A DNA stretch of 63,040 nucleotides, the filler included, from Octopus bimaculoides (Eukaryota), in the NCBI RefSeq assembly GCF_001194135.2. It is 7 parts of 7 records of this genome, joined end to end, with 100 filler letters (N's around TTAATTAATTAA, not from the genome) between each part and the next. Parts side by side here need not be neighbours in the genome. Positions count along the whole stretch, not along the records: positions 18,854 to 43,353 come from NC_068996.1; positions 43,454 to 47,860 come from NC_068989.1; positions 47,961 to 60,646 come from NC_068984.1; 4 more parts are not named here. The stretch is one strand, 5' to 3'. This document shows positions 37,671 through 50,800 of this stretch, one piece after another. The translations under genes and the position numbers were made by a program. The notes beneath the pieces are model-generated. The model searched no databases. It was not told where the DNA came from and saw only the letters and a list, made by a program, of their open reading frames with translations. Position 1 is the stretch's first letter; every line of letters starts with the position of its first letter.

Positions 37671-40515
37671 TATATATATAAAAATAAGCAACAAGGATAT
37701 CCAGAGGTAATGCTGTACGATCGTTTCACGCAACTCCATTTAATTGAACAATGCAACCATTTCATTAATTTGAATGCATTTAAATGCAGAGCAATCCTCA
37801 GCTGCACAAAGATATTGAATTTAATTAAATTAAAATAGATGGTCACATTTGTATAACTTTACTTAAAATCTCCAAGAAGTTAAGGAGATATACAAAGAAC
37901 ATGCTGCCTTCACTTCAGTTTAGAAGCTACTAATTTATCAGAAAGAAAGACTTGTTACAGATTTTACTTGTCACTGTTTTATGGGGTCAGTTTTAATTTA
38001 CAGACTAGTTTTATCAAAGCTTTGTATATCTGAGGCCGAGAGAACAAGGGGCAGTATCTGTTAGGGGTAGGGCTGAGGGAGTCGACAGAAATCATAGTGG
38101 GTATAGTCATAAGAAAATCAAGATTTATTTGAAGCAATATCATGAGATTTGGTAAATAGAAAATTTAAATCAAGATGTTAGCTGACAATTAAGGGGGCCG
38201 GCCTCTAGCAGACCATTGATAATGAAACATGGAAAATGTTATCATGTAGTACTATAGTTAAGTATTTTAAGCAATATTGCTATATTATTCAGAGGATTAT
38301 CAAGAAGAATATTATAACAGAAGGATACAAAATGTATAAAAAGTTTTTTGAATACTTTTGAGTATATACCAAACTTTTACCACACTAGAGGGAGGAAAAG
38401 AAATTATCTAGAAATAGTTTAATATTTATACATATTATATACTTAAATACTAACTTATCAAATGGTATCTGTGACTATCAATCAATTGGTATATACTGGT
38501 ATTTAATAAATGAGTACTGAGGTAAAAGAACATGCTAACTATACAATGAATTAAATTAATTGTAAGTAGTGAATATACCAGTATTGTTTTATATAAGCTA
38601 AGTATGAATGTATAGAGATATAAAAATTAGATTAATTTTATAAATAAATAAAGGCTATTATAAACTAATAAAGAAAATAATCAGGTAAGGCAGAATACCA
38701 TATATATATAGCATTAAGGTTCTTTTAAAAAAAACAAGTTCCACGTTCCTTATTGAAGATCTTAGTTCCGCTTGAAATATTTTGCCTAAAATTTGTAGCA
38801 GGTTTTTTTTTTATTTTCTCATTTAATATTTACTAATATATTTTTAGTTGTTTCCTTTTATATCTAAATTATTGGAATTCCTTTTTCGATGTTCTTCTGG
38901 TAACTATCGCTATCATTTTAGTATCTCGGTTTTACCACTAACGTTTCATTAAAAACTATAATTCCTTTCGTTTCTTCCCAGAGATTAATACTAACCCGAG
39001 CTAATATATACATGGGTTGTAAATTTCAAATTGCTTCTTTCTCTGTTCAAGATATTGTGGAACTTTAAGCATATTATTTGCTGCAATTTTGATATGTATT
39101 TAGTTTAATAAAATATTTACTCCTTAGCGATTATGGATTAAGTATTTTATTCACACTCAGAACTTATCTCTGAGTTCGTTTTTCTAAGTGGCTGGACATA
39201 GCTTGCCGCCCACTCGAATATCTGAGTTAATATCTATGCGAACAGATTGTGTAGTTCCCCGGTATGATCCATTGTAGAAGAGCCCAAAACATACACACGC
39301 ACGCAGATGTGCACTCGTTTACACACGGATACAAGCGCGCACGCACATTGTTGCTAAATGAATTCATAAAGCAATGTGTTAATTCCTTTCAGTTACTGTC
39401 CATGATAAATCATCCCACCATCAATCAAATCAATCATAACTGTCTCATTATTTTCATGTCTCATTATGTTCATCTCCGATTATTGCTAAATTAATCCAAT
39501 TCTTCCATCCTTTTCATTCTCTGCTTTGTGTACTCTCTGCATTCTGTATTTTTTCATCCACCTTTTGTTACTTGTGTGAGCGTTTCGAGTTTAACCCTAT
39601 TTCAACAGCTAAATAAACTTGATAATGTCATTTACTTTCGTTAATTTTTCGGCTTTATATTTTATTGCTTTTTTATAGGTTATTTCAAACTCATATAGTT
39701 GATACTTCGGCGTAAAACATCCTCTAAGACTTCGCTGTGACATTGAAATTTGTCACATAGCCCTCATATATACTTTATCGCTTGGAAAACAATCGCGTGA
39801 ACAGAAAAACCAAACAGTTTTCCTTGCAGCTATGTCACTGGTGGCGTACTATTTCCTTTACCAGAGGAGAAGAAAGAATCTTACTGAAATCTTATTCCAA
39901 AATGCCTGGATGTAGATTTATGGTATTAATTTTCTGTTTCTTTTTTAAGATACTCTCATTTTTCTCTTTCTTTCTTCGTGGTTTCCCGCCTTGTTAAACA
40001 GATGTTTGTATGTAGCTAAAATAGTTGGAGAGTGTTCTAAAAGTGCTAGTGTAAATAAATTAATGAAGCTACAGGGTACGATTATGTGTTAACTAATTAA
40101 TTTCAATTACTTTCCATAATAAATTGTCACGATACCTGGTGCACCGGCGCAATCTGTGTGAGTAGACATAAATGGAAATTACAGGATGCTATATAACCTT
40201 CACATTTAGTTCTGTAGATGTCGCATTGGCATAAAAGTGTGAAGGAGGAGAGAGAGGGAAGGTGCGAGAGAGAGGGAAGGAGAGAGAGAGGGAAGGAACG
40301 AGAGAGTGGGAAGGAGAGAGATGGAGAGGAATGACGAGAGGGGAAAACAATGAAGGAAAAGGGGAAAACTCAAAAGTACAACTTCCATTCTACATAGGGT
40401 GGCTGGGGTGAAATTCGGACGAAATTCTCTCCATGGGTAAAAGAAGTTTATACTATTTGCAAAGTTTGTATTTTCGAAATTTCAATTTCATGAAACTTTG
40501 TCAAAGACTGAAGGT

Positions 40516-41010
40516 AAATAGAAATAATACATTTCTAAATCTCTGAGAGATTTATGTAGCAACAGCACGATAAAATGATGGTTTGCTGCCAACTTAATGT
40601 GGCAGTTCCAGGAAAGGGTAGAATGCTACTGTTATTTAGCCCTAGGAAACACCGTTTCCTGTTGGATTTGATACATTTCCTGTGTCCTTTAGTTTTCGAA
40701 CTGGGGAGACAAACACCTCCACCCAGCAAAGCCAGCATCCAGGGACGAGTTTCAGAGTCATTGCTCATCATCAGTCTGGAGTAGCATGGCTTGCTAACTG
40801 TCGATGCCTATTCGCATTTGAAAACATATATTTCAAGTGAAATACTTTCATTGATTTTTGAAAATAGAAATAATACATTTTTAAATCTCTCAGAAAGATT
40901 TATGCAGTAGCACCACGATAAAATGATAGTATGTTGTCAACTTAATGTGACAGTCCCATGAAAGGGAAGAATGCTATTGTTATTTAGCCCTAGGAAACAC
41001 CGTTTCCTGT
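40516..41010 (-). mobile_element. PLE terminal repeat or retrozyme-like partial tandem (~347-bp period)
   Basis: 40516-40662 is directly repeated at 40862-41010. A hammerhead lies between the two copies. Confidence 0.6.
40738..40780 (-). ncRNA. Minimal type-I hammerhead ribozyme
   Basis: UCCAGA-CUGAUGA-U-GAG-CAAUGA-CUC-U-GAA-AC-UC-GU-C/CCUGGA. Canonical core with a GUC triplet and a 5-bp stem I after one A·C mismatch. Confidence 0.7.
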
Positions 41011-41199
41011 CGAAAAATTTAGACAACAGAAAAAATCCCAAAGAATATCTAGAGACCAATAATTTTCAGTGACGTATAGGAAGTTCAATACCAAGATGAC
41101 AGTTATAAGATGATTAAGTCTGAAAAGTAATTGAAATAAATTGTTTAATAAAGCCGTCAACGGTTTAGTAATATTTTAATCTCCTGAAGAAAATGGATA

Positions 41200-41480
41200 A
41201 GAATTTGAATTACTATAGCATAGATATTAAGGAAGTAAAATGTTTTACTGTCTTCAAGCATAAGTTTATAGCTATTTGCAATATAGGACCATTGGAATTA
41301 TTCCTAATACAGCACCACATTATCATACCAGATACCATAAATTGCCACTACGCGACGTTGATACAATAGGCAGCACTACCAGCAATCGAAGAACACCCTG
41401 CGTGCCCACTCAAGCAGACAAAAAAGGGAAGTGCGCAATATGTATTTGTAGATACAGAGTATGAAAATAAATGCAATGAT
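41200..41480 (+). pseudogene. Possible piggyBac C-terminal relic
   Basis: LRDVDTIG...KKGKCAIC resembles the piggyBac Cys-rich tail. Weak. Confidence 0.3.
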
Positions 41481-42192
41481 CATGGTTGAACTACCATAGG
41501 ACTACTTGATTAAGGCTGATTCGTAGTTAACACAAAGAAGCCTGTGCTATGCTACACAGTTTTATAGGAGGCTTTATGCGATTATTTTACCTGCTAAGAA
41601 CAACAAGAATATCGCAATCAAAGTACACCATACAATCATACAATCATATATACATCATATAATCATTAAAAAAAGTTATGATCAATCCATCTGTTGCTCC
41701 GCTCTATATCCCAGTGTCTTGCACATACATTATGCATTTAGGTGTCATTCTATTTCCACCTTCTGTGACATTCAAGATGTTTCTTTTTTATTTATAGATT
41801 TATAGTTATATATTTGCATGCGAGTCTGTGTTATCCAAACAGCTATTACTTGATGTATTCAGAAAAAATGACTAAGTAGTTAAGAAGTCCACCGCTCAAT
41901 CATGAGGTGTTGGCTTCCATCTCATTCATCGGCCATTTGCCACAACTCCAAATCAAGCAAAGCCGTGTGAGTGAAGTTAGGGTGAATGTAACTGTGCGGG
42001 GAGGTATAGGATATATTATTCCGTGATTTAAAGTTTTGTATCACGGATGGTTCGGTTTAAGAATTGTGTCAGTGGCACAGATGTCTGGGAAAGAGTTGGA
42101 CAATTAGACTATAATTTAATGAATAGACAGTTCCAATTGGAATAGGCGTCGCCGAAACCGACGGAGAACCCATCATCTACTGGAGTATATAT

Positions 42193-42400
42193 CTTTTATC
42201 TTTTATCTATTACTTGCTTCAGTCATTTGACTGCTGCCATGCGGGAGCACCGTTTTGAGGGATTTTCTTTTAGTTGAGCAAATCCACAGCATGACATTTT
42301 TAAAGAATGATACTTATTCTATCGGTTTCTTTTACGGGACCGCTAAGTGATGGGGGCATAAACACACCAACACTGGTTGCCAAGCGGTAGTGGTGTACAG
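42193..42400 (-). mobile_element. OR1-like SINE 3' half
   Basis: Similarity to the 3' half of 10974-11364. Confidence 0.75.
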
Positions 42401-42402
42401 AC

Positions 42403-42474
<72 letters not shown>

Positions 42475-43453
42475 CTAAGATACGAGGAGTCTTTTTGAAG
42501 GTGACTCAAACTAATAGGCATGCGCTCTGAGTGCTCAGATTGGTATGCCACTAAAATTCCGGTTTGAACTACAGGTGGAAATGTGATTTTGTGACTGCCC
42601 TTTCCAAAGCGGCTAGATGTGGCTTCCCTTTGAGCCGGTAGGTAAAAATTAAAGTTGAAATGAAAAAGCAAATCGTTTGACGAGACTTGACTAGGACAGT
42701 TTATTTAGCTATATAATGAAAACGTGTAGATAGTCTCTAACAGCTGTTTCTAGAATATTCTAGCTATTGGAACATTGTGTCGAGTAAATATTCCATATGT
42801 TGAGCTTTCTGTCATTGGAGAGAGATAGGTTAAATATATGTAACTGTGGAAGTAAGTTCCTCATCAATGATTATTGTGGTTTATTATGTCTATAAAGGGA
42901 TGAGGAATCCAATTAAACTCAATAGAAACGGATATTCCTTTGGTAAATCCATGACTAGAGAGAATCGTTTGAAAGTAATCCATGAAAAGGGAAAATGGAT
43001 GCTAGCATAGTGCACTCTAGTGGCAGTAAGATAGGCAGTATAGCGAGTAGTACTATTGCCCTGAGAGGCTAGAGTACGCGTGTGTAAAGACAAATATATA
43101 AGGGATTAGCGATTAATAAAGCATCTGTCGAACCTAGAGGTCGAGTAGCAATGAGAGGCGTAGGATAGTGGCGGTAGTAAAGCGGACGTAAAAAGATAAT
43201 AAATGTCTGATGTAGTAAGTAGGCAATTTTACTAGACGGAAAAGGAAACTCGGGCTAGCTTGGACGTAGTGCTAGAAATAGATGCTATATGCAGTAGTAA
43301 AAAAAAATAGAATTTAAAACTAAGATTAAAAATTAATATTAGAAATATGTATANNNNNNNNNNNNNNNNNNNNNNNNNNNNNNNNNNNNNNNNNNNNTTA
43401 ATTAATTAANNNNNNNNNNNNNNNNNNNNNNNNNNNNNNNNNNNNNNNNNNNN

Positions 43454-43660
43454 CTGTTCTCAACTCTGGGCTGTCTTTTCCGTTTCTTTCCAATTAGATT
43501 CCTGCTTTTTCATTTCTGCTTCCATATCTTGCCCCCAGTTATTTTTACGGCATCCTCTCATCTGTCTTCCCCGTGGCTTCTAGGGTTCAAGATTAAGGGC
43601 CTGATGTGTGATGTTTCCCTGAGGGAAGGCCTTCCTCCCTCCTGGTCTTTTAGGTTTTGA
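43454..43660 (-). pseudogene. RTE-type LINE C-terminal fragment
   Basis: Frameshifted GNITHQALNLEP..RGR...NW..D.EAEMK resembles RTE [23 protein letters not shown]. Confidence 0.5.
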
Positions 43661-43674
43661 ATTACCACCAGTAA

Positions 43675-43846
43675 AGCATGGCTGCATGGGTGAGCGCAGG
43701 CATGGCTGCGTGGGTAGGCACAAGCATGACTGCGTGGGTAGGCGCAGGCATGGCTGTGTGGTTAGGAAGCTTGCTTCCCAGCCACATGGGTAAGCGTTTT
43801 CTGCTATAGCCTTGGGCCAACTGAAGCTTTGTAAGTGGATTTGGTA
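43675..43846 (+). mobile_element. OR1-like SINE head with four tandem 24-bp A-box units and an internal deletion
   Basis: Units of (A)GGCATGGCTGYGTGGGTAGGCRC precede the normal head. Confidence 0.7.
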
Positions 43847-44828
43847 TATATATATATAAAATGACATTTATGAATCTTTATGTTCTGAGTTCAAATCCTG
43901 CTACAATCATCTTCACCTTTTGTGGTTCTTGAGTTGAGATTTTATTTTAGCATTCTATATCTTTTATCTTTTACCTGTTTCAGTCATTAGACTGTGGCCA
44001 TGCTGGGGCACTTCTGTGAAGAACTTTTAGTCAAATTAATCAACCCTAATACTTTTTTTTTTTAAGCCTGGTAGTTATTCTGTTGGTCTTTCTGACGTCT
44101 TGTTTGATAAGATATAAAATGTTCAAAAATATATCGTCTAATAAGCCATGGGAAGGTATAAAGGCAACAACATAACATTTATTGCAAAAAAAATAAATAA
44201 ATAAATATAAAAAAAAACAGCAACAAGAAAATTATCAAATGCTAATTTTATTATACTTCTAGAAAAAAAAACAACCCAAAAACAAAAAGGTCATGGAAGA
44301 TTATTGATTTTGTCAAAGGGGTCATGATTATAAAGGCCCTCTTGTCAGCATGGACAGATATATAGGAATTAGAGAAAGTGTGGGTGTAATTTAACTGTTG
44401 GCTCTCAAAGTTTGTTTTTCTTAAACAAACTGAATCTAATAATGATTCTTCTGAATGCAAAGTACCACAGAACTAAAAGGAATGCTTCTGGCTAATAAAA
44501 TCTATGATTCATGTGAATAACTTAGCTGAGTTGTCATTGATTTTGTATGAGTAAGCACAGTTTTTTTGTTGGGAAGGAAAGAGAGAGAGAGAGAGAGAGA
44601 GTTGGGCCCACATCAATTTATACAGTATATTGCTGATGGTAACTGACTTTATTGAGTACCACAGTGTTTGCAATTCTAAGTGGGTACAAGTCACTTTCAC
44701 ATGAGAAAGGTGATTTCAAATTGAGTTCGTTATAGCTTAACGAAATGTAAACTTAAACATGATTTAATTGTCCAAAGATAATGTATCTTTCTTTGCTTCT
44801 TGCAGCCTTTTCAATAGTCAAGACTATT

Positions 44829-44965
44829 GAAAAGTTTGCAAGACGCTACGAAAATTTCAGGAAAGTAAAAATAAGAAATAAGTGGAAATTTTGACCATTG
44901 AAAAGGTTGCAAGGCGCAACGAAAATTTTAGGAAAATAAAAATAAGGAATAAGTGGAAATTTTAC
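44829..44965. repeat. ~70-bp tandem duplication
   Basis: GAAAAG(T/G)TTGCAAG.CGC.ACGAAAATTT.AGGAAA...AATAAGTGGAAATTTT occurs twice. Confidence 0.8.
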
Positions 44966-45299
44966 CGGTGAGTGTATTAAATTATAAGGCACAAAAAGAA
45001 AATGACTCACCCCAGACACAACAGAACATGCTTCAACACACGAACTCACATAAAGAATCTTGCAAACCAAATCCAAAAATGAAATACTGATGTTATGTTT
45101 TCTATTAAATAGATCTTTCTGTGATATTCTCACTTTGAAATTGCTATTCTCTGTTAGAAATGGCACATGTTCTCTTAGATTTAGAAATACTGTAATACTG
45201 CTACATTGTTGATTTTCCAGAATCATAGGGTTCAAAACNNNNNNNNNNNNNNNNNNNNNCCTGAGACTGCCCCTGGTGTTTAGCTATGACTTTCATATT

Positions 45300-45474
45300 T
45301 TAACCTTTAGCATGCTTAGGTGCATCATGGCACCATACAAGTTTTCTCCCCTGTAGCTGTTCCAAAAATCAGCTTAATTATGACAAATTATTTTATTACA
45401 TTCTTCATTATTTACAAACTGAACTGAAATAATGAGGATGTATTCCAAATGGAATATGGTAACAAAAGGGTTAA
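45300..45474. mobile_element. piggyBac-type MITE
   Basis: TTAA|CCTTT...AAAAGGG|TTAA termini. Confidence 0.45.
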
Positions 45475-46595
45475 ATAATTAAATGAAATACACGCAGCTG
45501 TGTATTAGTATAAATGACACATATGTTAAGGTTACATGTGTTTGTAGAGTGCTCAGCGACTGGCTCATTAATTTCAAAAGCAGTTCGTTTTGTTCTGTTG
45601 ATTAGATCAATTGGAACATTTATTATCATTATCAACAGGGTGCTAATTTTTTTTAAAAATCAAACTTTTGTATTCCAAAAATAGATCATATTATTCTGCT
45701 TGCCTCAGTCAAAACTGGCTGTAAAATAGATACCAACCAATCTTATTTTAAATTTTTAGTTGCAAAGACAGCAACTTTTCTAAAATCCATGTTTTATATA
45801 TGGTAAAATAAAATTTAAAAAAACTGGTTTCAAATTAAGAGAAAGAAGAGAGTGTCTTGTAGAGGTTTTTTTTCTGTGTAATCTGTCTTTCGAATCAGTT
45901 ATGTTAGACACAACATAACACAACTGATGTTGTGGAGGATGATAGGTTAATATTTTTGCTTTTTATTTTTTTTATTTTTCCTCTATTTGTATTTTAGTTT
46001 TACATAGATAAAGTTGAATTTTTTTTTCCTGTTTTAATGTCAGAGAGATTTCTGACTTTCTGAAATTTACTTTTCTCTATGTTTGAAGTTAAGGAAGGAA
46101 TATATTTTGTTAGAATTATTTAGCCAGAATAATCCATCATCAAATTGATTTTTAGCTTTAGTCATCCGAGATCAAAGCAAACTGTAATATTGCTGATCAA
46201 AATTCATAAATTGCTTTTTAAAGCATGTCCTAGCATGTGGTTTTTTCTGGATGAGGATGACAATAAGGTTTTGCATAGATTTCACTTTATTATATGCAGT
46301 TTTCTTTTCTTCTTATCTATATTTATTTATTCCTGTACCAGCTAAAATGGAATGAGATACCATCAAATATACGTACAGCTGAAGTAATTCATTTATTAGT
46401 TCTGTATAGATTTCCTTACAAAACTCTCCATCTTAATGAGTTCATAAATGAAACTGGTTTTGAAAAATATTGCAGTAGTTTGCCATGAAAACAGCAGAGG
46501 AGCACTTAGCAGCTTATGGTATATGATATTATAAACATGTATATGTGTGTGTGTATATATATTATCTGAAGTGTAGAGCAATGTGTGTGGGTATG

Positions 46596-46632
<37 letters not shown>

Positions 46633-47257
46633 NNNNNNNNNNNNNNNNNNNNNNNNNNNNNNNNNNNNNNNNNNNNNNNNNNNNNNNNNNNNNNNNNNNN
46701 NNNNNNNNNNNNNNNNNNNNNNNNNNNNNNNNNNNNNNNNNNNNNNNNNNNNNNNNNNNNNNNNNNNNNNNNNNNNNNNNNNNNNNNNNNNNNNNNNNNN
46801 NNNNNNNNNNNNNNNNNNNNNNNNNNNNNNNNNNNNNNNNNNNNNNNNNNNNNNNNNNNNNNNNNNNNNNNNNNNNNNNNNNNNNNNNNNNNNNNNNNNN
46901 NNNNNNNNNNNNNNNNNNNNNNNNNNNNNNNNNNNNNNNNNNNNNNNNNNNNNNNNNNNNNNNNNNNNNNNNNNNNNNNNNNNNNNNNNNNNNNNNNNNN
47001 NNNNNNNNNNNNNNNNNNNNNNNNNNNNNNNNNNNNNNNNNNNNNNNNNNNNNNNNNNNNNNNNNNNNNNNNNNNNNNNNNNNNNNNNNNNNNNNNNNNN
47101 NNNNNNNNNNNNNNNNNNNNNNNNNNNNNNNNNNNNNNNNNNNNNNNNNNNNNNNNNNNNNNNNNNNNNNNNNNNNNNNNNNNNNNNNNNNNNNNNNNNN
47201 NNNNNNNNNNNNNNNNNNNNNNNNNNNNNNNNNNNNNNNNNNNNNNNNNNATATATA

Positions 47258-47788
47258 TATATTTGCCTGAAATTTTTGGGGGTGGTGAGGGGAGGAGCCA
47301 GTCAATTAGATTGATCCCAGTACACTACTGGTACTTAATTTATCGACCCGGAAAAGATGAAAGTGGAGGCGCAATGGCCCAGTGGTTAGAGCAGCGGACT
47401 CGCAGTTGGAGGATCGCGGTTTCGATTCCCAGACCGGGCGTTGTGTGTGTTTATTGAGCGAAAACACCTAAAGCTCCACAAGGCTCCGGCAGGGGATGGT
47501 GGTGACCCCTGTTGTACTCTTTCGCCCCAACTTTCTTTCACTCTTTCTTCCAGTTTCTTGAGTAATGCTGCGATGGACTGGCGTCCCATCCAGTTGGGGT
47601 GGGGTGACACATATTCCATAGAAACCGGGGAACAGGGCCCATAAGCCTAGCTAGGCTTTGAAAGGGCGACATTTATCGTTTATCGAAAGGATGAAAGGCA
47701 AAGTTGACCTCGGTGGGATTTGAACTCAGAACGTGAACACTAAGTATTTCACCTGGCGTGCTAACGATTCTGCCAGCTCACCACCTCA
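47258..47788 (-). mobile_element. OK-like SINE interrupted by a younger SINE
   Basis: The halves at 47258-47363 and 47685-47788 join into the OK-like consensus. Confidence 0.8.
47364..47684 (+). mobile_element. tRNA-derived SINE (OR2-like), full length
   Basis: A box TGGCCCAGTGG, B box GTTTCGATTCC. 13-bp TSD GAAA(A/G)GATGAAAG at 47351-47363 and 47685-47697. Confidence 0.85.
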
Positions 47789-48642
47789 ATAATAATGATA
47801 ATAATAAAAAAAAGATTGTTTTATCATTTTATAAGATCTCTTCACATGGGCAGTAGGACTNNNNNNNNNNNNNNNNNNNNNNNNNNNNNNNNNNNNNNNN
47901 NNNNTTAATTAATTAANNNNNNNNNNNNNNNNNNNNNNNNNNNNNNNNNNNNNNNNNNNNTATACATACACACTTATAGATAATACACACACATATATGT
48001 ATATGTGTGTGTATACATACATCTATGTATAAATATATTTGTGAAATGGTCCAACTGGTTTACATAAGACATTTTCGAAAGATACAAATATAAAACAGAA
48101 AAAGAAAACTTCAAAGTATTTACAGAAAATTGGAGTGAGAGAACTATGCCAGCTGATGGAACTTTTATCGAGAAAAATCTACAAAACAGCTGCTATTTTT
48201 AAAGACAGCCATCTGCAGTAGATGCCAATGTCCTTCCAATTTCTATGCTGTATTTAACATACAGGCAACAGATGGCTGTTTTGTAGGGGAATGGCCTATA
48301 GTTCGGAACACTTCGGAATCTATCCATAGAAGAGAAAGTTAATGCCCGTTTGTAATTTAAGCAGCCGGTTCAGTTTTCTGTAAATAGATATAATGAAGAG
48401 GTTCGGCTTACTTTAGGCACAAACCAAGAAAGTTTTTCTTTGTGGTTGTTCTTTTGAGTCTGTCAGCTCCCAGCTTTCCTGTAGTTCTCAATATACAGAT
48501 ATACAGGATGATCATGTCTGGAATCTCAGCCACGTTTGATCGAGGACAAAACAAACAACAGCACTTCAGTACGATAGTGTTACGAATAATCACATGTTTA
48601 CTTGGGAGGTCTTCTATTTATCAAGTATTTCATTGTCCAATG

Positions 48643-48937
48643 TGAAGACGTGTGATTCGGTTAGGGTCGTGAATTCAATTTCTGGCGACGCGTTGTGTCC
48701 TTGAGCTAGACACTTTATTTCACGTTGCTCTAATCTCAGCTGGCAAAAATGAGTAGTACCTGTATTTCAAAGGATCAGCCTTGTCACACTGTGTCAGGCT
48801 GAAAATCCCTGATAACTACGTTAAAGGTACACATCTGTGGAGTGCTCAACCACTTGCAGGTTAATTTCACGAGCAGACTATTCCGTTGATCGGATCAACT
48901 GGAATCCACGTCGTCGTAACCGACGGAGTGCCAGCTG
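48643..48937 (+). mobile_element. CORE-like SINE, 5'-eroded
   Basis: TTGTGTCCTTGAGCTAGACACTTT core. 12-bp TSD CATTGTCCAATG at 48631-48642 and 48938-48949. Confidence 0.8.
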
Positions 48938-49099
48938 CATTGTCCAATGGGCGTTTCTTTTTTGTAAGCAGTATAGAGTGATTTGAGGGAAACTTAGCAG
49001 CTATTTCTAGGGTTCTTTCATTTGTCTGCTCGCGAGTTAAAGTTTATAAATGAGATAATATTCCAACACAGTAACTGTTAATATTACTGTTTTCTTTCG

Positions 49100-49262
49100 T
49101 TCGTCTTTACGTTCTGAGTTCAAATGTCGCCGGGATCGACTCTGCTTTTCATCATTTCGGGATCAATAAAATAAGTACCAGTGGAAAACTATGGTTGATG
49201 TAATCGACTCAGCCCCAACCCTCCAAAATTGCTGGCCTTGTGCCAAAACTTGAAACCAATAT
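49100..49262 (+). mobile_element. OK-like SINE, 5'-truncated
   Basis: Similarity to 25577-25817 and to the ...GGCCTTGTGCC tail variant. Confidence 0.7.
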
Positions 49263-50299
49263 TACTGTCTTCTCACCACTATCACTGTTGTTACCACAAT
49301 CACTGCCACCTTCACTCCTACTATATTTATGATTATAAATAATTGTTTATTAATTCATATATTTGTTTTCTTGTGATTTGCCTTACATTTACTTCGCATT
49401 GTTTTGGCCTTACCCATGATCCTTTATACAATGTATATGTGGGTTATTTGTGTTGTTAATTAAGTGAAAACATATTTTAAATATTTTATTAGGTTTTGAA
49501 GTGTTGACATAACAGCAGAAGCAGAAGTATCATTGTCATCTCCTCTACTACTAACAATATCTCTACCATCACCACCACCACTACCAATACCACCACCACT
49601 ACCACTGCTACCATCACCACTGCTACCATCAATTTTCTTCTGGGAGTACATAGTGTAGAATTGGGTATCAAATATCCACGATTACACCCCTCACTTTTTT
49701 GTTACTTTCTCCTCTCTCCTCGACCCTTTTTCCGTTTTTCTCTTTTCCATTTTCTTTCCTCTTCAAATCCAACATTAACTGCATCAACTTCACTCCACTC
49801 ACTCATCCGACTATATTTACCCGCCTCATCAATCGACCAAACTTTTGCTACTGTTGTAATTGATACTATTTCAAATTTTTGTTGTTGGTGATGGTGTAGT
49901 TGTTGTTGTTGTAGTTATTGCTTTTGTTACAGCGACTGCTATTGCTGCTGCTGCTATAGCTATTTTGTTATTGCTGTTATAATTGTTGTAGCTACTCTCA
50001 CAACAATAAATACAAGAGAAGCAGTAACTACACTGCTGCTGCTCTTGATGATGCAGAGGAGGAGGAGGATATTTTGCTGCTGTTGTGCCTGTTATTTTCA
50101 CTGTCATTCTAGGCATCCTATAACCCTAGCCAACGCCGAGGAAAGACTATCGAATAACCTTAACCTTGAAACCATACAGCAGGACGATGTAAGTTGCTAA
50201 GTCGCTATAGCTGGCAAGCTGTAGGATACTATTAGTGGCAAAACGCTGTTGCTAAGTTGATAAGTTGATATTGCTGAAAGGTCATCATGCAGCTATTTA

Positions 50300-50800
50300 C
50301 AGATATTGTTCAGATGTTGCCTATACGATGCTATAAAGGCGACGTTACAGATACGATGTCATAAAAGTGATATTGCTGATATTGCTGATACGAAATTATA
50401 AAGGTGACTTACTGACAAGACGTTGTAAAGTTGGTGTTCCTGACACAACGTTATCAAGTAGCGTTACTGACAGGATATTATTAAGGTGACGTTGCTGATA
50501 CTGTCTTTTAAAGGCAACTTTGCTGACACGACGCTATAAAGACGACGGGAGTGTAAAGGCGATGTTGTTATGACGTTACAATGTCGACGTTGCCGATGGT
50601 AACGTTGCTGACAAGACTGTGTAAGGATACATATGTTATCAAAGTGACGTTGCTGACACGACGTTATAATGGTGATGTTGCTGACACATTGTTATAAAGG
50701 TGATGCTGCTGACACGACGTTATAAAATTACCACTAATAAGACGATGTTATAAAATTATCGCTAATAGCACGATGTTATAAGAGTGACGTTACTACTAGG
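50300..50800. repeat. Degenerate 28-bp minisatellite GGTGACGTTGCTGACACGACGTTATAAA
   Basis: Consecutive 28-bp units are clear at ~50644-50730 and eroded outward. Confidence 0.75.

Noticed and set aside
39725-39770. TGTGACA/TGTCACA hairpin as a hammerhead
   Set aside because: The flanking segments (UAUAUGA, GAAG) deviate too far from the core.
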